In this document: in pieces, positions 12,905-27,634 of the stretch | Numbering within the stretch: the stretch's first letter is position 1 | Layout of the letters: each line of letters opens with the position of its first letter | NCBI RefSeq assembly: GCF_006345805.1 | Contig: NC_043005.1 | Location: forward strand, 69,192,001-69,256,000 | Direction: 5' to 3' | DNA from: Octopus sinensis | Lineage: Eukaryota | Length of the DNA stretch: 64,000 nt | Translations under genes and position numbers: made by a program | Notes under the pieces: model-generated | Told to the model about the DNA's origin: nothing | Databases searched by the model: none | The model's input: the letters and a program-made list of their open reading frames with translations, nothing else

Positions 12905-13115
12905 GGCAGCGTGCCGGCAGAAATCTTCGCACGACGGGCGAAATGCTTAATGGTATTTCGTCTGTTTTTACACTCTGGGTTCAAATTCCGCAGGTGTCGA
13001 CTTTACTTTCCATCTTTCTGGATCGATAAATTAAGTACCATTTGCGTACTAGGGTCGATCTAATCGACTGGTCCCCTCCCCCAAAATGTCGGGCCTTGTG
13101 CCTAGAGTAAATAAG
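12905..13115 (+). mobile_element. SINE family B, alternative 3' end variant
   Basis: ggcagcgtgccggcagaaat...ttcaaattccgc...ccctcccccaaaatgtcgggccttgtgcctagagta. Confidence 0.85.
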
Positions 13116-14520
13116 AATATTTAAATGGCTTCCAATCTCCATATAACCTACTTTTTTTTTAACTACTACATTCGTCATTCTGCTCTCAAATGCCATCGAT
13201 TCAAAAATACATTTTACCGTTCTTCAAACGAGGAGATCAAAAAGTATCGGCTAATTTGGCCCGGACGCCCAGTGAATTAAATGTAATCTTGGTCTCAGCG
13301 AGATTTAGACTCACGACATAAAGAACCAAAAGAGATGCTCCAAAGCTATGAGTTCGATATTCAAACGGATCTGCACAGAAATCGCAATTAACTGTCTATA
13401 TTAATTATGCTCAATGAGTTCATGAGTAAACCTACTTGGAGAATGGCTACTAATGTTTATGTTAACAACACTACTTAAATTGTGGATAAATTTGAAAGAT
13501 GCTTTGCCATTTGTGATAAATAAGGAATTACAACTTTAAACGGTGTTGCAGCAAACTCCGCTTCCGATATATATCAAAGTAACTCTACATAGCCGAAAGG
13601 AAATATAATAGAACCTCTCTTAGTATTTAACTGTTATATGTACAAATATTGCTCCATCTGAACATCTAACTTCTTATAGCATGAACAATATCATTCCTAT
13701 CAAAACTGTTAGCAAAATCAAAAGCAACTGGGTAGAAACGAATAACGATGATAATATAAACTTTAATGATGAACATAATAATGAACATTGATGGAAGTAT
13801 TTACAACAAAAATACATTTCAGCAAAATATAATGGATATATACTTTTCATTCATCGATTCATTCATGCTTTTCCATTTGTACAATTCACTTTTAATAAAG
13901 ACAATAGTTTTGAAGTAAATTGAATTATCTATTGGAAAATTGAATTCTCTCAAGTGTAAACTAAATCTCATTTCGAACTGTTATGAGAAAAAAAAATACC
14001 ATTAATAACAACATAGATATCACGGTCAGTTTGAAGCTGAAACAGAATATAAAACACACAATAGATGGAAACAAGGCGTGTTTAGATGTAGATAAATTGA
14101 TGCATATAGCGCATGCAATCATACAATCATATACGTAAACATTATGGTCTACTCATGGCGATGTATCCTCCTTGCTCATTAACATGATAATTTGGTTTAC
14201 AGTGTGGTTCAGACACCTTTCAAGAATTGAGATAACATTTTGCTAGATAACTAGATTTTAGGTAATTATGGAATTGTACTTGTCTTGAAAGTACGTTGAC
14301 TTTAGAACGTGTGTTTTTATCTTAAGCTGATTCAACGTGGAAGCACATATGCTATGAAGAACAATAAAAAATCTCTTCGATTCTGTTAATTGTATCGTAA
14401 CCGGTGTCAAATTATTCTATATGCTACATGGTCACGGCCAGAGTTTTACAATAGACAAGGTTGGCGGCCAACAAGAGCAAAGGGGTCTTGAATGTAATTT
14501 TCTTCTTTCAAATATATTTA

Positions 14521-14544
14521 CATACACACAAACACACACACACA

Positions 14545-14590
<46 letters not shown>

Positions 14591-14596
14591 TACACA

Positions 14597-14628
<32 letters not shown>
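14521..14628. repeat. (CA)n microsatellite
   Basis: Direct reading. Confidence 0.95.
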
Positions 14629-14914
14629 TTTAGACGACAGTCATTTTGGTTGTGATGAACTCTATTCATTCTGGAACATTCCATTTTGGTTTTGATTGAC
14701 ATTCATAGATGCAGTAAGTACTCTACATACTCTGTCAGGGATGGCGGTGGTGGTGGGGCACTTATTGCACGATACAATTTAGCAAAATCAAAAAGTGAAT
14801 CAATTAGTCCATTAAGCATTCCATGAGCACCTCAGAGTGACAAAAAGATGAAGGGATTATACAAATTTAACAAGTCAGGGTGTGGCGTCATAGTATCAAC
14901 ACCATTAGTTATTG

Positions 14915-15235
14915 TATTAGTAGTGGTAGCAGCAGCAACAGCAGCAGTAGTCATTGTGGTTGTCGTCCCGTCGTCGTGGCAGTAGTTGTACTAGCAACAG
15001 CAGAGATAGTAATAATTGTAGTGGCACGGGCTGCAGGCGCAGCTGCAGCAGCCGTTCAAGTGTTTGGACCTGGAGATATCCATATTCAAGGTCTGGGGTT
15101 TCCTGCCCATAAGCCCTAGACCATCACCTAACCACCCTTACCTGTCTTGTTACTTAACAACAACAACAGTAGCAGCAGTAGTAGTATTAGTAGTAATACT
15201 GGGTGGGTAGTAGTAGTTGTAGTAGTAGTAGCCAG
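14915..15235. repeat. Degenerate trinucleotide low-complexity region (TAG/CAG/CAA)
   Basis: Runs of agtagt, gcagca and aacaac around a short unique core. Confidence 0.75.
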
Positions 15236-15798
15236 TAAGAGAAACTTCTCTTATCTGTTCCCAGCTTCATGAATTGGCTCATAAGTCCCATGGGATTTTA
15301 AGTGCCAGAGTTCATTTTATACAACGATCTATATATATGGTGACTCCTGATTTTTTGAAAAAGACATTCAAGAAATCGATACACTGAAAAAGAATTCTTT
15401 TTCTTTTAAAGTACGAATAACGCCATAAAATGAATGGCAAACGATCACATGATGCGTAGGATCATTACCCTACAATACTGGTTTCAAATTTTTACACAAG
15501 GCTAGCAATTTTGGGTAAGTGTGTAAAGTTTGTGTAAAAGTGTTCAACATATCGGCGGCTCGCTCGATTGATCCTAAAATTTTGTTCAACTGAGATTTCC
15601 TTTGTATATCTAATGGAGATTTGCTATTTTAGCGGAAGCATATGCATCAGCTATTAGATACGCGAGCTATTTGATAAGAAAGTTTGACAACAGCGTCATC
15701 GATATCGAAGAAAGAACCGCATGATACACACGCGCGCAATATGCACGTTGGGGCGCGCAAGAATACAAATGCTGTACAGAAGCACTCAGACCCATATG

Positions 15799-15839
<41 letters not shown>

Positions 15840-15875
15840 AACATATATATATATATATACATATATATACACACA

Positions 15876-15940
<65 letters not shown>

Positions 15941-16797
15941 GGGTATTATATATATATGTATATTATAAATGTACATATATACAGACGAGCGACTGCACAC
16001 ACACACACACGCACTCACACACACAAACACACACGCACACACAAACACACATATATAAACACACACACTCACACACATATACACAAACACACATACATAC
16101 ACACATACACACACACACACACATATATATATACACGTCTGCGTGTAATCGAGTCCCTTTATGCGTAGGCATATATATATATTTATTAAATATATTAGAC
16201 ATATACTCGTGTAAATAGAGACGTCCAAAGGTAGCGCGATAATTACAAAAGTGTAATTGACTCAGCATTTCTATGTGCAAACATGGCCTAGTTATTACAA
16301 AAGCGTTTAAATATATTCAGACATATTAACTCATATTTACGCTCCGTTGTCTTTTCAACATCAATGATCAAGCAATCAATTCACAGTATATTGGACGAAA
16401 CAATAACGCATATACACGTCTTGTGTGCCGTGACACAGAGACATATTCGCACCCTCATATACATGCTATTTGCAACCGATTTCACTGGCCTTCGTGTCCG
16501 TATAAGGGATATATTTAGTGAATCAAACATTAATTCAAACGAAGTCATCCGTATACAAGCACGCATATATTCAAATTTGTGCAAAAGAAATACATTAATT
16601 CAGTATACATATCTCTCTCTCAAGGTTCATACACACAGACGCACACGTACACGCACACATATACTCAAACACAAACACATGCACACGCACATATGCATAT
16701 ATGTATATGTATATATATGCTTACACGCATTCCCTCACACATGTAAATATGTATATATATACACACACATATATATATATATCAATATATATATATT

Positions 16798-17245
16798 ACA
16801 AAATTACGAGGAATGACCACTAAATTGGACATTCTATATGCTAAACATAGACGTTCAATAGTCATTACCACGAAGAATGTGTTCTCAAGAGAAAAGAAAA
16901 ACTCAGCAAAACGCCAAAATGTAAAAAATGTGCAAGACAAATGAAAACATACTAAATAAATACGATTACCTACGTACCATTGGTTTCACCTATTGGTTTC
17001 TACGCGTGTAAATGTCTGCAAGATCATCAGCGTAGTCTGTCGCTAACAAAACACAATTTCCAGAACTAGATACAGAACTCTGAACCGAAATCGAAAATGT
17101 ATAAAGTACTACAATTTGTATTTGGGTGTATTCTTTCAAATGCGTTCACTTTGGAGCGCTGAGGCCGGAAATTACTCTGCAGCCAATAAATTTCAGTAGC
17201 CAATTTACCGGTTGGAGAATATTTTTTTCTATTTAAAATAGAATT
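16798..17245 (+). repeat. Unclassified dispersed repeat (~440 bp), copy 1
   Basis: Colinear with 25357-25800; shared blocks include acgattacctacgtaccattggtttcacct and ttccagaactagatacagaac. Confidence 0.85.
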
Positions 17246-17923
17246 ATTATTTAATTATTATTAAATTCAATTATTATTGAAACGAGTTGCTTTTCTTGCT
17301 GGACTCTGATAATTTTTTTGGAAAAAAATGTTATCCTTATATTAGAAGAAAAGTTATTATCATTCACTTCGGGACTCGTAACTACTCTACATGTGTTTCC
17401 AGACAGACTACCCGTGTATTGAAGCTTGCCACTGAATTTCTGTTGGATATACTTGGGACACTTAAATATATATATATATACCAGATAAGCCACCCATAAT
17501 TGGATACAACTCACCCAACAAGAACTCACTACTTGAACAAAACTTGACTTAAACAGGATTCGAATAATCCTCTCTGGTGTTGCTATTAAGTTAGACATGG
17601 CCTGGGTCAATCTTTGGTCGAAACATATCTAAGTTATCTAAGTTATATATATATATATATATATAGGGGTATCTGTCATACGTTATTTTTTATGTGAAGA
17701 CACTTCTCCTTAGGACGATGCTCAGACAGGCTAATCATTAAAAACTGCACAAATCATGTCTGCCAAATACTAGAGTATTTAAAGTCATTAAATGGCAATA
17801 TTTTGTTTCTAGAAATACATTTACATAATTGACTGTGTCGCTTACATTTTTTTTATATGTGTTTATAGGCCTCCATGAGATTCCGTGTGAGTGTAGGTGT
17901 GTGCGTATATATACATGTGTTTA

Positions 17924-17976
<53 letters not shown>

Positions 17977-18162
17977 TAGAGAGTGATCGTGTGTGCGTGT
18001 TTGTGTGTGATAGGAAACTAGGAAACACTCACGTATGATATATATTAGTAAATCTGTGATTATCATATGATTTCTTTCCATAATATTTTGCATAACATTT
18101 ATTTTGGGATAATAAACGTTTTGACGTAGTGTCACGTGGGAATGAATATTCATATTTAGTTG

Positions 18163-18319
18163 CAGGAGTGGCTGTGTGGTAAGTAGCTTGTTAACCAACC
18201 ACATGATTCCGGGTTCAGTCCCACTGCGTGGCGACTTGGGCAATTGTCTTCTACTATAGCCCCGGACCGACCAATGCCTTGTGAGTGGATTTGATAGACG
18301 GAAACTGAAAGAAGCCTAT

Positions 18320-18353
<34 letters not shown>

Positions 18354-18605
18354 TATATATATATATATATATATGTGGTGTGTTGTGTGTTGTGTGTGTG
18401 TTTGTGTGTGTGTGTTTATCCCCCTAGCATTGCTGGTGTGTTTACGTCCCCGTCACTTAGCGGTTCGGCAAAAGAACCGATAGAATAAGTACTGGGCTTA
18501 CAAAGAATATGTCCCGGGGTCGATTTGCTCGACTAAAGGCGGTGCTCCAGCATGGTCGCAGTCAAATGACTGAAACAAGTAAAAGAGTAAAAGAGAGTAA
18601 AGAGC
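18163..18605 (+). mobile_element. SINE family A, full length with internal (TA)n/(TG)n
   Basis: tRNA-like head ggagtggctgtgtggtaag...gggttcagtccc; tail ggcggtgctccagcatgg...gactgaaacaagtaaaagagtaaaagag. Confidence 0.9.
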
Positions 18606-18833
18606 TGCCAAAAGCCTCATCGATAATACTAATATAATACTAAATATTGTAAAATAACAATCTTATTTCAAACTGATACATACATACATACATATATACT
18701 TACACACACGCACACACACAGACACCGACACAGACACACAGACACAAACACACACAGACATACACACACACACACACATATATATACATATATATAATAT
18801 TATATATATATATTATATATATATATATATATA

Positions 18834-19190
18834 GGCGTTGGACAAAATAATGGAAACATCTTAATATTTCAAACAAACTTATTTGAAAATGGTGTAGGAC
18901 CGCAGCAATTACTGCTTGAATTCCATGAGGTGTGGAATCGTACAAACTTCCAATTGTTCCAAAGAAATTTTTGTCCAATCTTCAGCTAAAACAGTCTCCA
19001 GTTCTTGTAGTGATGATGGTGGATGATATCAACTCCTTTAGTGGCCAGATAAGGTGTTCATCTTCACTAGAATGTTCCTCGTGCCATTCATTAACAACTT
19101 TAACTGTGTGAAGAGCTAAACAAATTTAGCACTGTGAATTGGCGCATTATCATCCTGAAAGATTGCGTTTCCCTCAGGAAATAGTTCCGC
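18834..19190 (-). mobile_element. Tc1 3' fragment with terminal inverted repeat
   Basis: Minus strand encodes FPEGNAIFQDDNAPIH and HTVKVVNEWHEEHSSEDEHLIWP. The end TA|ggcgttggacaaaataatggaaaca is TIR-like. Confidence 0.85.
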
Positions 19191-19499
19191 AATACAAATA
19201 TTACAGACATCCCCCCCACACACACTAAAAAAGTAGACGCACTTAGAGATATAAGCATGCGCAAATGAATATATACAATAGAAATACAAAATGGCTGACG
19301 GTTAGTAAGGAGAGACACAAATAAGAAAGAAGAAAACAAACGACCACTGATGCGGTCACAGGAGTGTGACGAAAGAACTCTGGCCGACATAAGATTAAGA
19401 TTAATGTAAAATATAAATAACACTGAAGCAAAGTAACACCAAATATATAGTGTGTTTTTATTGGCTAAACTGGCAAAATGACTATTCCGAAATATAACA

Positions 19500-19531
<32 letters not shown>

Positions 19532-19550
19532 CTATATATGTGAACACACA

Positions 19551-19618
<68 letters not shown>

Positions 19619-21059
19619 AATATATATATGAAATCGTAGAGTCCAATAAAGATGATCTTATAATATTTCTTCTCTAGTGCAACAGAATAGAATTTCCACA
19701 CTTGTGTTATGTTCTTTAGATGACCAGACAACTAGGAAATAACGAAGATAAAACAAACTAATTACAAGATTCAAAGTAATTTTACCGAACTGCTCTAAGA
19801 GTCTTTTCGAATGCATCTAGAGAGAACACAAGAGTATCTCTCAGCTGGCTGCATTTTTTAAATGCTGAAACGGACAATTTATCTGAAGAACACAACATCA
19901 TGTATTCCAATTTATTTTACCTTCTTTAACAAATTAGTTTATATAGACAATGTTCACAACTTAACAATACGTTATTATTGCCGACACTAACTGCATTACA
20001 TCCCCGTTAGACACAAGCTTCAGAGCTAGTGGGCGATTGATCATTAGTTTTCCTTACATAATTTCGTGATGGTTAGAGTTGTTTAGCTTCAGAAATATTA
20101 TGATACATGTTACCTACATGAGTAGGTCTTCTGTTCGCTCTGCCAGGTCAGTTATTCAGACATAATACCCCAACTTATTGGATAATTTAAGTTGAGTTGG
20201 AGAAAATATATTCCAATGAAATATTTCAATAAGTCGAAGTGAAGAACATTGATATGACATTGTGGATTTAATGTATAAAAAGCATCTAGCAAAGACAATA
20301 AATGATACCTTTATCTCTACACGATCATATACACACGTGAATTTTATAGTATCTTACAAAGGAAAAATTGTTATTTAGACCTTGAATTTTCTCCCTTTGT
20401 AAGATGATTCCAGTTTTGACACATACGGTGATCAATCTGAACGACTGCAGCATTTCTGCAGTATTCCTGCATTGATATCTAAACTACTATTACGGCGTAG
20501 CTACACTGATAAAGCCATACTGTTTCTGTTGCTGCTGCTACTGCTGTTGATAGTGTGAGAAATAGCTTATCAAACATTCAATCTAGAAGTAATCGAAGTG
20601 TTATCGATTGCGAAATATACACAATTAAAGCTGGGTGCTTCTGGCTTATACACATACAGCCGCGTACCGGTATAGAAGGAGTTATGAATAACATAGCGTA
20701 TAGAAACACAATGAATGCAAAAATACATAGCCGACAGTTTTATAGCGTATGTATAAACAAATTGTTTACATACATATTTCAAATTTGCACACCAAGTGAA
20801 ATACAGACGAACCAAACAAGCGAAAATATAGACATGGATGTACATACAGAAACCGACATCCGCACAAACACACATGCACACACGCACATACACACACACG
20901 TAGGTGTTTAACCTTCGACTGCGGCACACTTTTGAAGTGTTTCGTCGATCCCATACAGTAATTAGTAATCCAGCAGGTGTCGGATTGCGAGAAATTAACA
21001 ATAACAATAAGAGATAAATACGCAAAAACACATTGTTTACACACACTCACACAAATCAC

Positions 21060-21234
21060 ACACACATATATATGTATATGCGCGTGTGTATAAATATACG
21101 TATATTAATATACATATATATGCATATATATATATATATATGTAAATATATATATATTAATATACATATATGTATATAAATATATATAATATATATAATA
21201 TATATATATGTATATATGTACATGTATATATATG

Positions 21235-21281
<47 letters not shown>

Positions 21282-21292
21282 TATACATATAT

Positions 21293-21341
<49 letters not shown>

Positions 21342-21450
21342 GATAATATGTGTGTGTGTGTGTGTGCATGTATACATTATACATACATAGAGACAGACAG
21401 ACAGAAAGCTAAATAGATAGATATATTGATATATAGATAGACAGATAGTT
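21060..21450. repeat. Large compound (TA)n/(TG)n/(TAGA)n microsatellite block; similar blocks at 15785-16135, 21950-22240, 27250-27670 and 28690-28895
   Basis: Direct reading. Confidence 0.95.
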
Positions 21451-22192
21451 ATGTATTTATATAGATAGACAGCGACACAGTTACACAGGAAAACCCACCT
21501 ACACAATACACCGACACACATATATTTGCTAGATGATTCACAAATAAAAGAAAGCAGCAATGAACATATTTCGATGTAGTTCTTCACAATTACTACCAGA
21601 TTAGCCCACTTTTGTTTAAAAGTTTTGAAGGTGTCAAGTCAGAAAGAAGCGAATAATTCTGTTAAATGACTCCTTTCCTGAGAATATTTGTACGTCATTT
21701 TCTATGTGCTTGTGTGTGAATATTTGTTCTTGTGTTAGTCCAGACATGTATATAGATGTATCTATCTATAAATTCTCATTGACACGTAAGTGTTATTATT
21801 TTCACTCCATCAACTTCACAAAATCTGTGAATGAGTTCGAATGCAAGGCTGCCGAGTTGGTAGCTTAAGTTTAATTGGAGAGAGTGTGTTTACAATATTT
21901 TCCTACGCACACAAACTCACACTGAACTGCAAGGAATGTATACTGTATACATGCACACACACACACACACACACATATATATCTATACATATATATATAT
22001 ATATATATACATATATATACATGTACATATATACATATATATATATATTATATATATATATATACATATGTGTGTGTGAGTGTGTATGTGTGTGAGTGTG
22101 TGTGTGAGAGAGTGTATGTATATGTATATATATATATATATTATATATATATATTATGTATATATATACATATTCATATATGCATATATATT

Positions 22193-22237
<45 letters not shown>

Positions 22238-22316
22238 TATTCAGCAAAAATTAAGATTCAAATGAATATGGTACTTAATTTAGATGCACCATAAAAATCC
22301 GTGGGGTGATTATAAT

Positions 22317-22878
22317 CAAAATAAGCAACAAGAATGACTCCGGTAATCTTGGTACGATCCTTTCGTAGTACAACATTATTTTATTAAATGTTGTAAGTAT
22401 GTTGTAAGTAACCTTTTGACTTTGACCTAGTTCTCCTAATGCTGAATCTGTTCATCAAATCGTAGTAATTGGCATTTGGTTGTGACAATGCTGTCTTCTA
22501 CATAAATTCCTTATATGGAGCTATGACATCTCCTTTACCCCATTTCTATAATTAGAAAATCTTTATTGTCTCTTTTCATTTGTCTCCCCTCTCAGAACAT
22601 TACAGCAGTCTGGAACAACTGAATCTTAGTCAGTCAGTTGATGGACTCCACTACCTCAAATTTTCTTAAAATATAAATCCACATCTTTGTCTATGTATCT
22701 ACCTTTTCTATAATGTTGCCACTTGATACGAAAATTGTTGTATTAACGGGAAACCTCTATAATTGGCTAATGAGTGCTCAGCATTTTAAAACTGTTGTAA
22801 TACTTACAGCATTTAATAAAATGATGTAGTACGAAACGATCGTATCAAAATTACCGGAGTCATTCTTGTTGCTTATTT

Positions 22879-22880
<2 letters not shown>
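22317..22880. mobile_element. MITE-like element with ~82-nt terminal inverted repeats
   Basis: caaaataagcaacaagaatgactccggtaat...gtaagta at 22317 is the reverse complement of ~22797-22880. A related terminus occurs at ~37038-37085. Confidence 0.75.
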
Positions 22881-22919
<39 letters not shown>

Positions 22920-25285
22920 GTATGTATATGTCTATATGTATATTCACACACACTAACATTTACACGCATACATACACACACACGTATGTCTATCTATCTA
23001 TCTATCTATTGATATACATACACACACATATATGTGTGCGCGCGCGTGTGTGCACGTGAGTGCGTGCGTGTATACACATGAACGCACATGTATAAAAGCT
23101 TACATGCACAGATACAGGCAGAGATAATGAGAAGGAAATGCAGAGTTTTGTAGATAGTTAGATAAGTAGATGGCTATATAGATAGATTTATACAAGCACA
23201 GACCCTACAATTGCATAATGAACTGTACTTATTATACAAAGTACCGGTAATTTTTCATTATTTACGCAATGAAATACGACACTATATCGAGTTTTAGATG
23301 TTTTAGGATTACCACTAGGAATATAACCACCCATTTTAGAGTTATGAATTTTGTTTTATGAAACATTAAAGAGCTTTATAACTCAATAGAATATTAAATT
23401 TGTGCCCATTGTTTTTGGTAAATGATAATTTTTTTATGCAATGGCTGATAACTGCTAAAATCTAGTATGTTGGACAAACACATGATCAGCTTTGATGTTC
23501 CTCTTATTGTATTGAAATTCGTTTGGATAAAAACTGCAGTGCAGATATAAAAATCAAGAAATGATGGAACTCATGCTCGGGCCTAATTATTAACAAATAC
23601 GTGTTTGCATGTGCTTTTGAGTGAGTACTTAAATTTTAACTAAATAGGTACATGTAAAGACAAACATGAAGTTTTAATGCATGATCAGGCAAAAATACCA
23701 CACACACACTCACACATGTGTAGACATGCAGATATAGAAATACAGAGATTTGGACATAACAATACAAATTTGAAAGATGCATACTGGTATTAGTGAGGGG
23801 CTTACTTGTAGTTCAAACAACACAAATGCGCTTGCGTATGAAACGTGGATATTGCCGCGTTACTAGACGTGTGTCAAACTAGAGTAGGTTAAAGTTATCT
23901 TGTACAGCAGAAATATATATTCGATACTTGATGTGAGACTCAATATATATTACATGCTAAATAGGAATACTTTTGTCGGAAAGGCAAAGGAAGCAGTATT
24001 TGAAATCTCAGTTGTAGAAATGCTACGTAATTTGATACTGTTATCTACAAAAATACTATGCGATTGTGACCTTTCATATTCTGAAACGTGAGTCTTTTTT
24101 TTTTGTCCATTATCTTCCGCAGAGATTTCTATATGGGTGAATGTACTAGAAAAAATCGCGTTCAAATTCATTCGAATGAAGCCTTGAAATGAGTGTCAAG
24201 GATGAGTGCACGGCTATAGAACAAAATTTAAATCTGCATGTGTCGGATATGTTTTTCAGGAAGAGTCTTCTGTTAATTGGATACTGATGTGAAGTGTAAC
24301 CGGATTTGCAATCTGTATAGTCATTTTTCGTTTATTTTTAGATAAAATTTGCAAAACTATAGATAGTACATTGAAAGAAATCTGTGAATTTTGTAAGTAA
24401 TTGTGCGAATGCAGGAAATATTTTAGTATCATCTTATTATGAGTATGTAATGCTTGGCTATGCGAACAGTTACATGGAGTGTTAAAATGGAATTTAGCAA
24501 ACGTATTTTTTACTGCTCATACTATTTGTCTTGTTTATATGTTCATAGTGATTTGTATTTTACCTTCTTAAAAATCCATCAACTTTAATTTGCTCTAATA
24601 AATATGTACGTTGATAAATCGTGTATCTATCTATCTATCTACCTATCTATCTATCAGTCTAGTCATCAATATCCCATATATACATTGTATATGTGTATGT
24701 ATTTGGATATGTATGTATATATATATATATGTGTGTGTGTATGTATGCATGTATATGTATTTCTTCAATGTTTAAAATAACACAGAAGAAAAATGATTAG
24801 CAGGGTAGCAAAAATTCACATAAGTACCAAGGATGTAACACCCTTTTTATAAAGATAGAATTTCCAGGCTTTGGTGAAATGATTTTATATGACATAGAGA
24901 AATAAATAAATGGAGTGAAACGGAGGTGTTATTAAAATCCTTATACTTCCAACATATATTTCGAACCAGACATTGGTATTATTCCAGAAGGAATAAAATG
25001 ATGTAAAACAATGCAATCTTTTCATCAGGGTAAAAAAGAGAATCAAAATGCACGGATAAGACATATTAACCAAATATGATTATTGATGCACTAATGATAT
25101 TCGGTTAAAATGTCTTATCGATGCATTTTGTTTCTCTTATTTTCCTCTGATGGGAAGATTGCATTGTTTTACATCATTTTATTCCTTCTGGAATAATGCC
25201 AATGTTTTCTTTGGAACATATGTCGGAAGTATAAAGATTTGAACAGCACCCTAGTTTAACTCCATTTATATATATATGTATATAC

Positions 25286-25356
<71 letters not shown>

Positions 25357-25363
<7 letters not shown>

Positions 25364-25800
25364 ATTAAGAGGAATGTCCACCAAAATGGACGCCCTATAT
25401 GCTGAACATAGACATCAAATCGCAATCACCTCGAATAATGTGTTCCAAAATAGAAATCTCAGCAAAATGCGAAAATGTAAAAATGAGCAAAACAAACGGA
25501 AACGTACGAAATAAAAACGATTACCTACGTACCATTGGTTTCACCTGTTAATATCTATGTATAGAAACATGAAGATATCTGCAAGATCGCGAGCGTTATC
25601 TGTCGCTTACAAAACAAAACTTCCAGAACTAGATACAGAACGCTCAACAAAAATGGAGCATGTATAAAGTTCTACAATTATTTGGGTTTATTTTTTCCAA
25701 ATGCCTTCACTCTGGCGCTTTGCGACTGGAAATTACTCTGCATTGAATAAATTTCAGAGGCAATTTACCAGTTAGAGAATATTTTTTATTTAAAAGTAAA
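25357..25800 (+). repeat. Unclassified dispersed repeat (~440 bp), copy 2
   Basis: Colinear with 16798-17245. Confidence 0.85.
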
Positions 25801-26068
25801 AACGGTAGATATTGATGTTAATCAATAAAAACCAGTGGCTTAGCATATTTCAAAGTCCGAAGATTATAAACTGTTACGCACAAAATTAAGAGGGATGAAC
25901 CAGCTTCACGGCAGGAGGTGCAGATGAGGGCAGCTGTATCGAACTCTCTCATGCACCAGATGTCATTTGCTAAAAAGCATTCGTGAAGTAAAATCCTGTA
26001 GCAACACCAAATGGTGGTGCCCCAGCATGGCCATAGCTTGTGAGCTGAAACCAAATGTAATTTAAAAA

Positions 26069-26151
<83 letters not shown>

Positions 26152-26153
26152 AT

Positions 26154-26308
26154 AGGGTGTCAGACTCATGATCGTAAGATTGAGGTTTCGATTCCTGGAC
26201 CGGCGGCGCGTCGTGTTCTTGAGCAAAACACTTCGTTTCACGTTGCTCCTGTCCACTGAGCTGACAAAAATGAGTAACGCTGCAATGGAATGGCGTCCCG
26301 TCCAGCTG
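26154..26308 (+). mobile_element. SINE family C fragment (tRNA head plus central domain)
   Basis: B-box ggtttcgattcc, then gtgttcttgagcaaaacactt and gcaatggaatggcgtcccgtccag. Confidence 0.75.
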
Positions 26309-27432
26309 AGTAACAAATACGCCATTGAAAATATAATTTAAAATTAATAACAAATATGTATTTCGAACAAATACTGAAGTTGTACCATATTACTACGGTC
26401 AACCAAAAACTAATTGGAGTGGGTAAAGGGAAAACATTCAAAATACTGAATTTGTATTCAAACCTGCATATTTCACGACGTTGTGCTTCGCAAAATATAG
26501 TAAAATACATCTCAAAGGCAAGTTCAATAACAGATACTATATTTGTGGCCATCTGTTCAATTTAAATTACATAACAAAAGCATTGGTTGAACATATAAGA
26601 AAAAAATTATTCTCTTGATAGTTTTGCTACCAACAGTACACTCCGAAAAACAAAAGAAAAACAACATAGCTATCTTTACTCTTATTAAGTTAGTATAAGA
26701 TAATTGTCGCAGCAGTGTTTTCGATAGAAATGATTGGCAGCAAGACGTGCAGAGCATATATTAGAAATACTAATACAGAAAACATTGAGTGAAATTTTGA
26801 ATGTAACTGAACGGTGTGTGTGTGTGTGGCGGAGACATGAGACTCTTTATGCAAATAAATCATAGATAGATTACAATCTGCCGTGCTGCTGTAAAATAGA
26901 ACATCAAGACTTTGCAAGAGTGTGGAGAATATGTAGTGAATAATAATTCAATTTAAGAAAACATATATGCCTGTTTCAATGCAATTTTGGCAGGATATAT
27001 TTTTTTCGTTTAGTGTATTCTTTAGACTTTTCTAATATAACCTTAATCAAGGACTCTCCACGTTTTAGAAATTCCAAATAGGTCGATATGCTGGGCGTCA
27101 GCCATTTCTTCCTTCAAATTCTAAAGGTGTGAAAAACTGTACCTGATAATACTGATATTTCAATAATCCGATTAACGTACTTCAATCTCACTTGTATCAT
27201 CTAACTGTAGCCTAAATCAATTGCGGTTCACCCGGTTTGATTCAAAAACTATGCCGCTATACACACACACACGTGCACTCACACACCCACACACATGCAT
27301 ACACACACACGCGCGTGCACACACACACGCAAACATTCACAGACACACACACATATACATATGCATACTTATATAAAAATATGTTTATATACACATTTAT
27401 GCATATACATATATATATATATAGATATATAT

Positions 27433-27472
<40 letters not shown>

Positions 27473-27518
27473 CGTACACAAACACACACACACATACATA
27501 TATACATACATACATATA

Positions 27519-27577
<59 letters not shown>

Positions 27578-27591
27578 TATAGATATATATA

Positions 27592-27634
<43 letters not shown>

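Noticed and set aside
15633-15724. Possible terminal exon [29 protein letters not shown]
   Set aside because: Only an acceptor and a short open frame; not distinguishable from chance.
17585-17635. ggtcgaaacatatctaa as a hammerhead 3' half
   Set aside because: Both the CUGANGA core and the GUC triplet are absent; too decayed to call.
24018-24087. 70-nt AG/GT-bounded segment LILLSTKILCDCDLSY resembling an LRR C-terminal cap
   Set aside because: Lacks the NP(W/F) motif, has a weak acceptor, and no LRR exons lie nearby.
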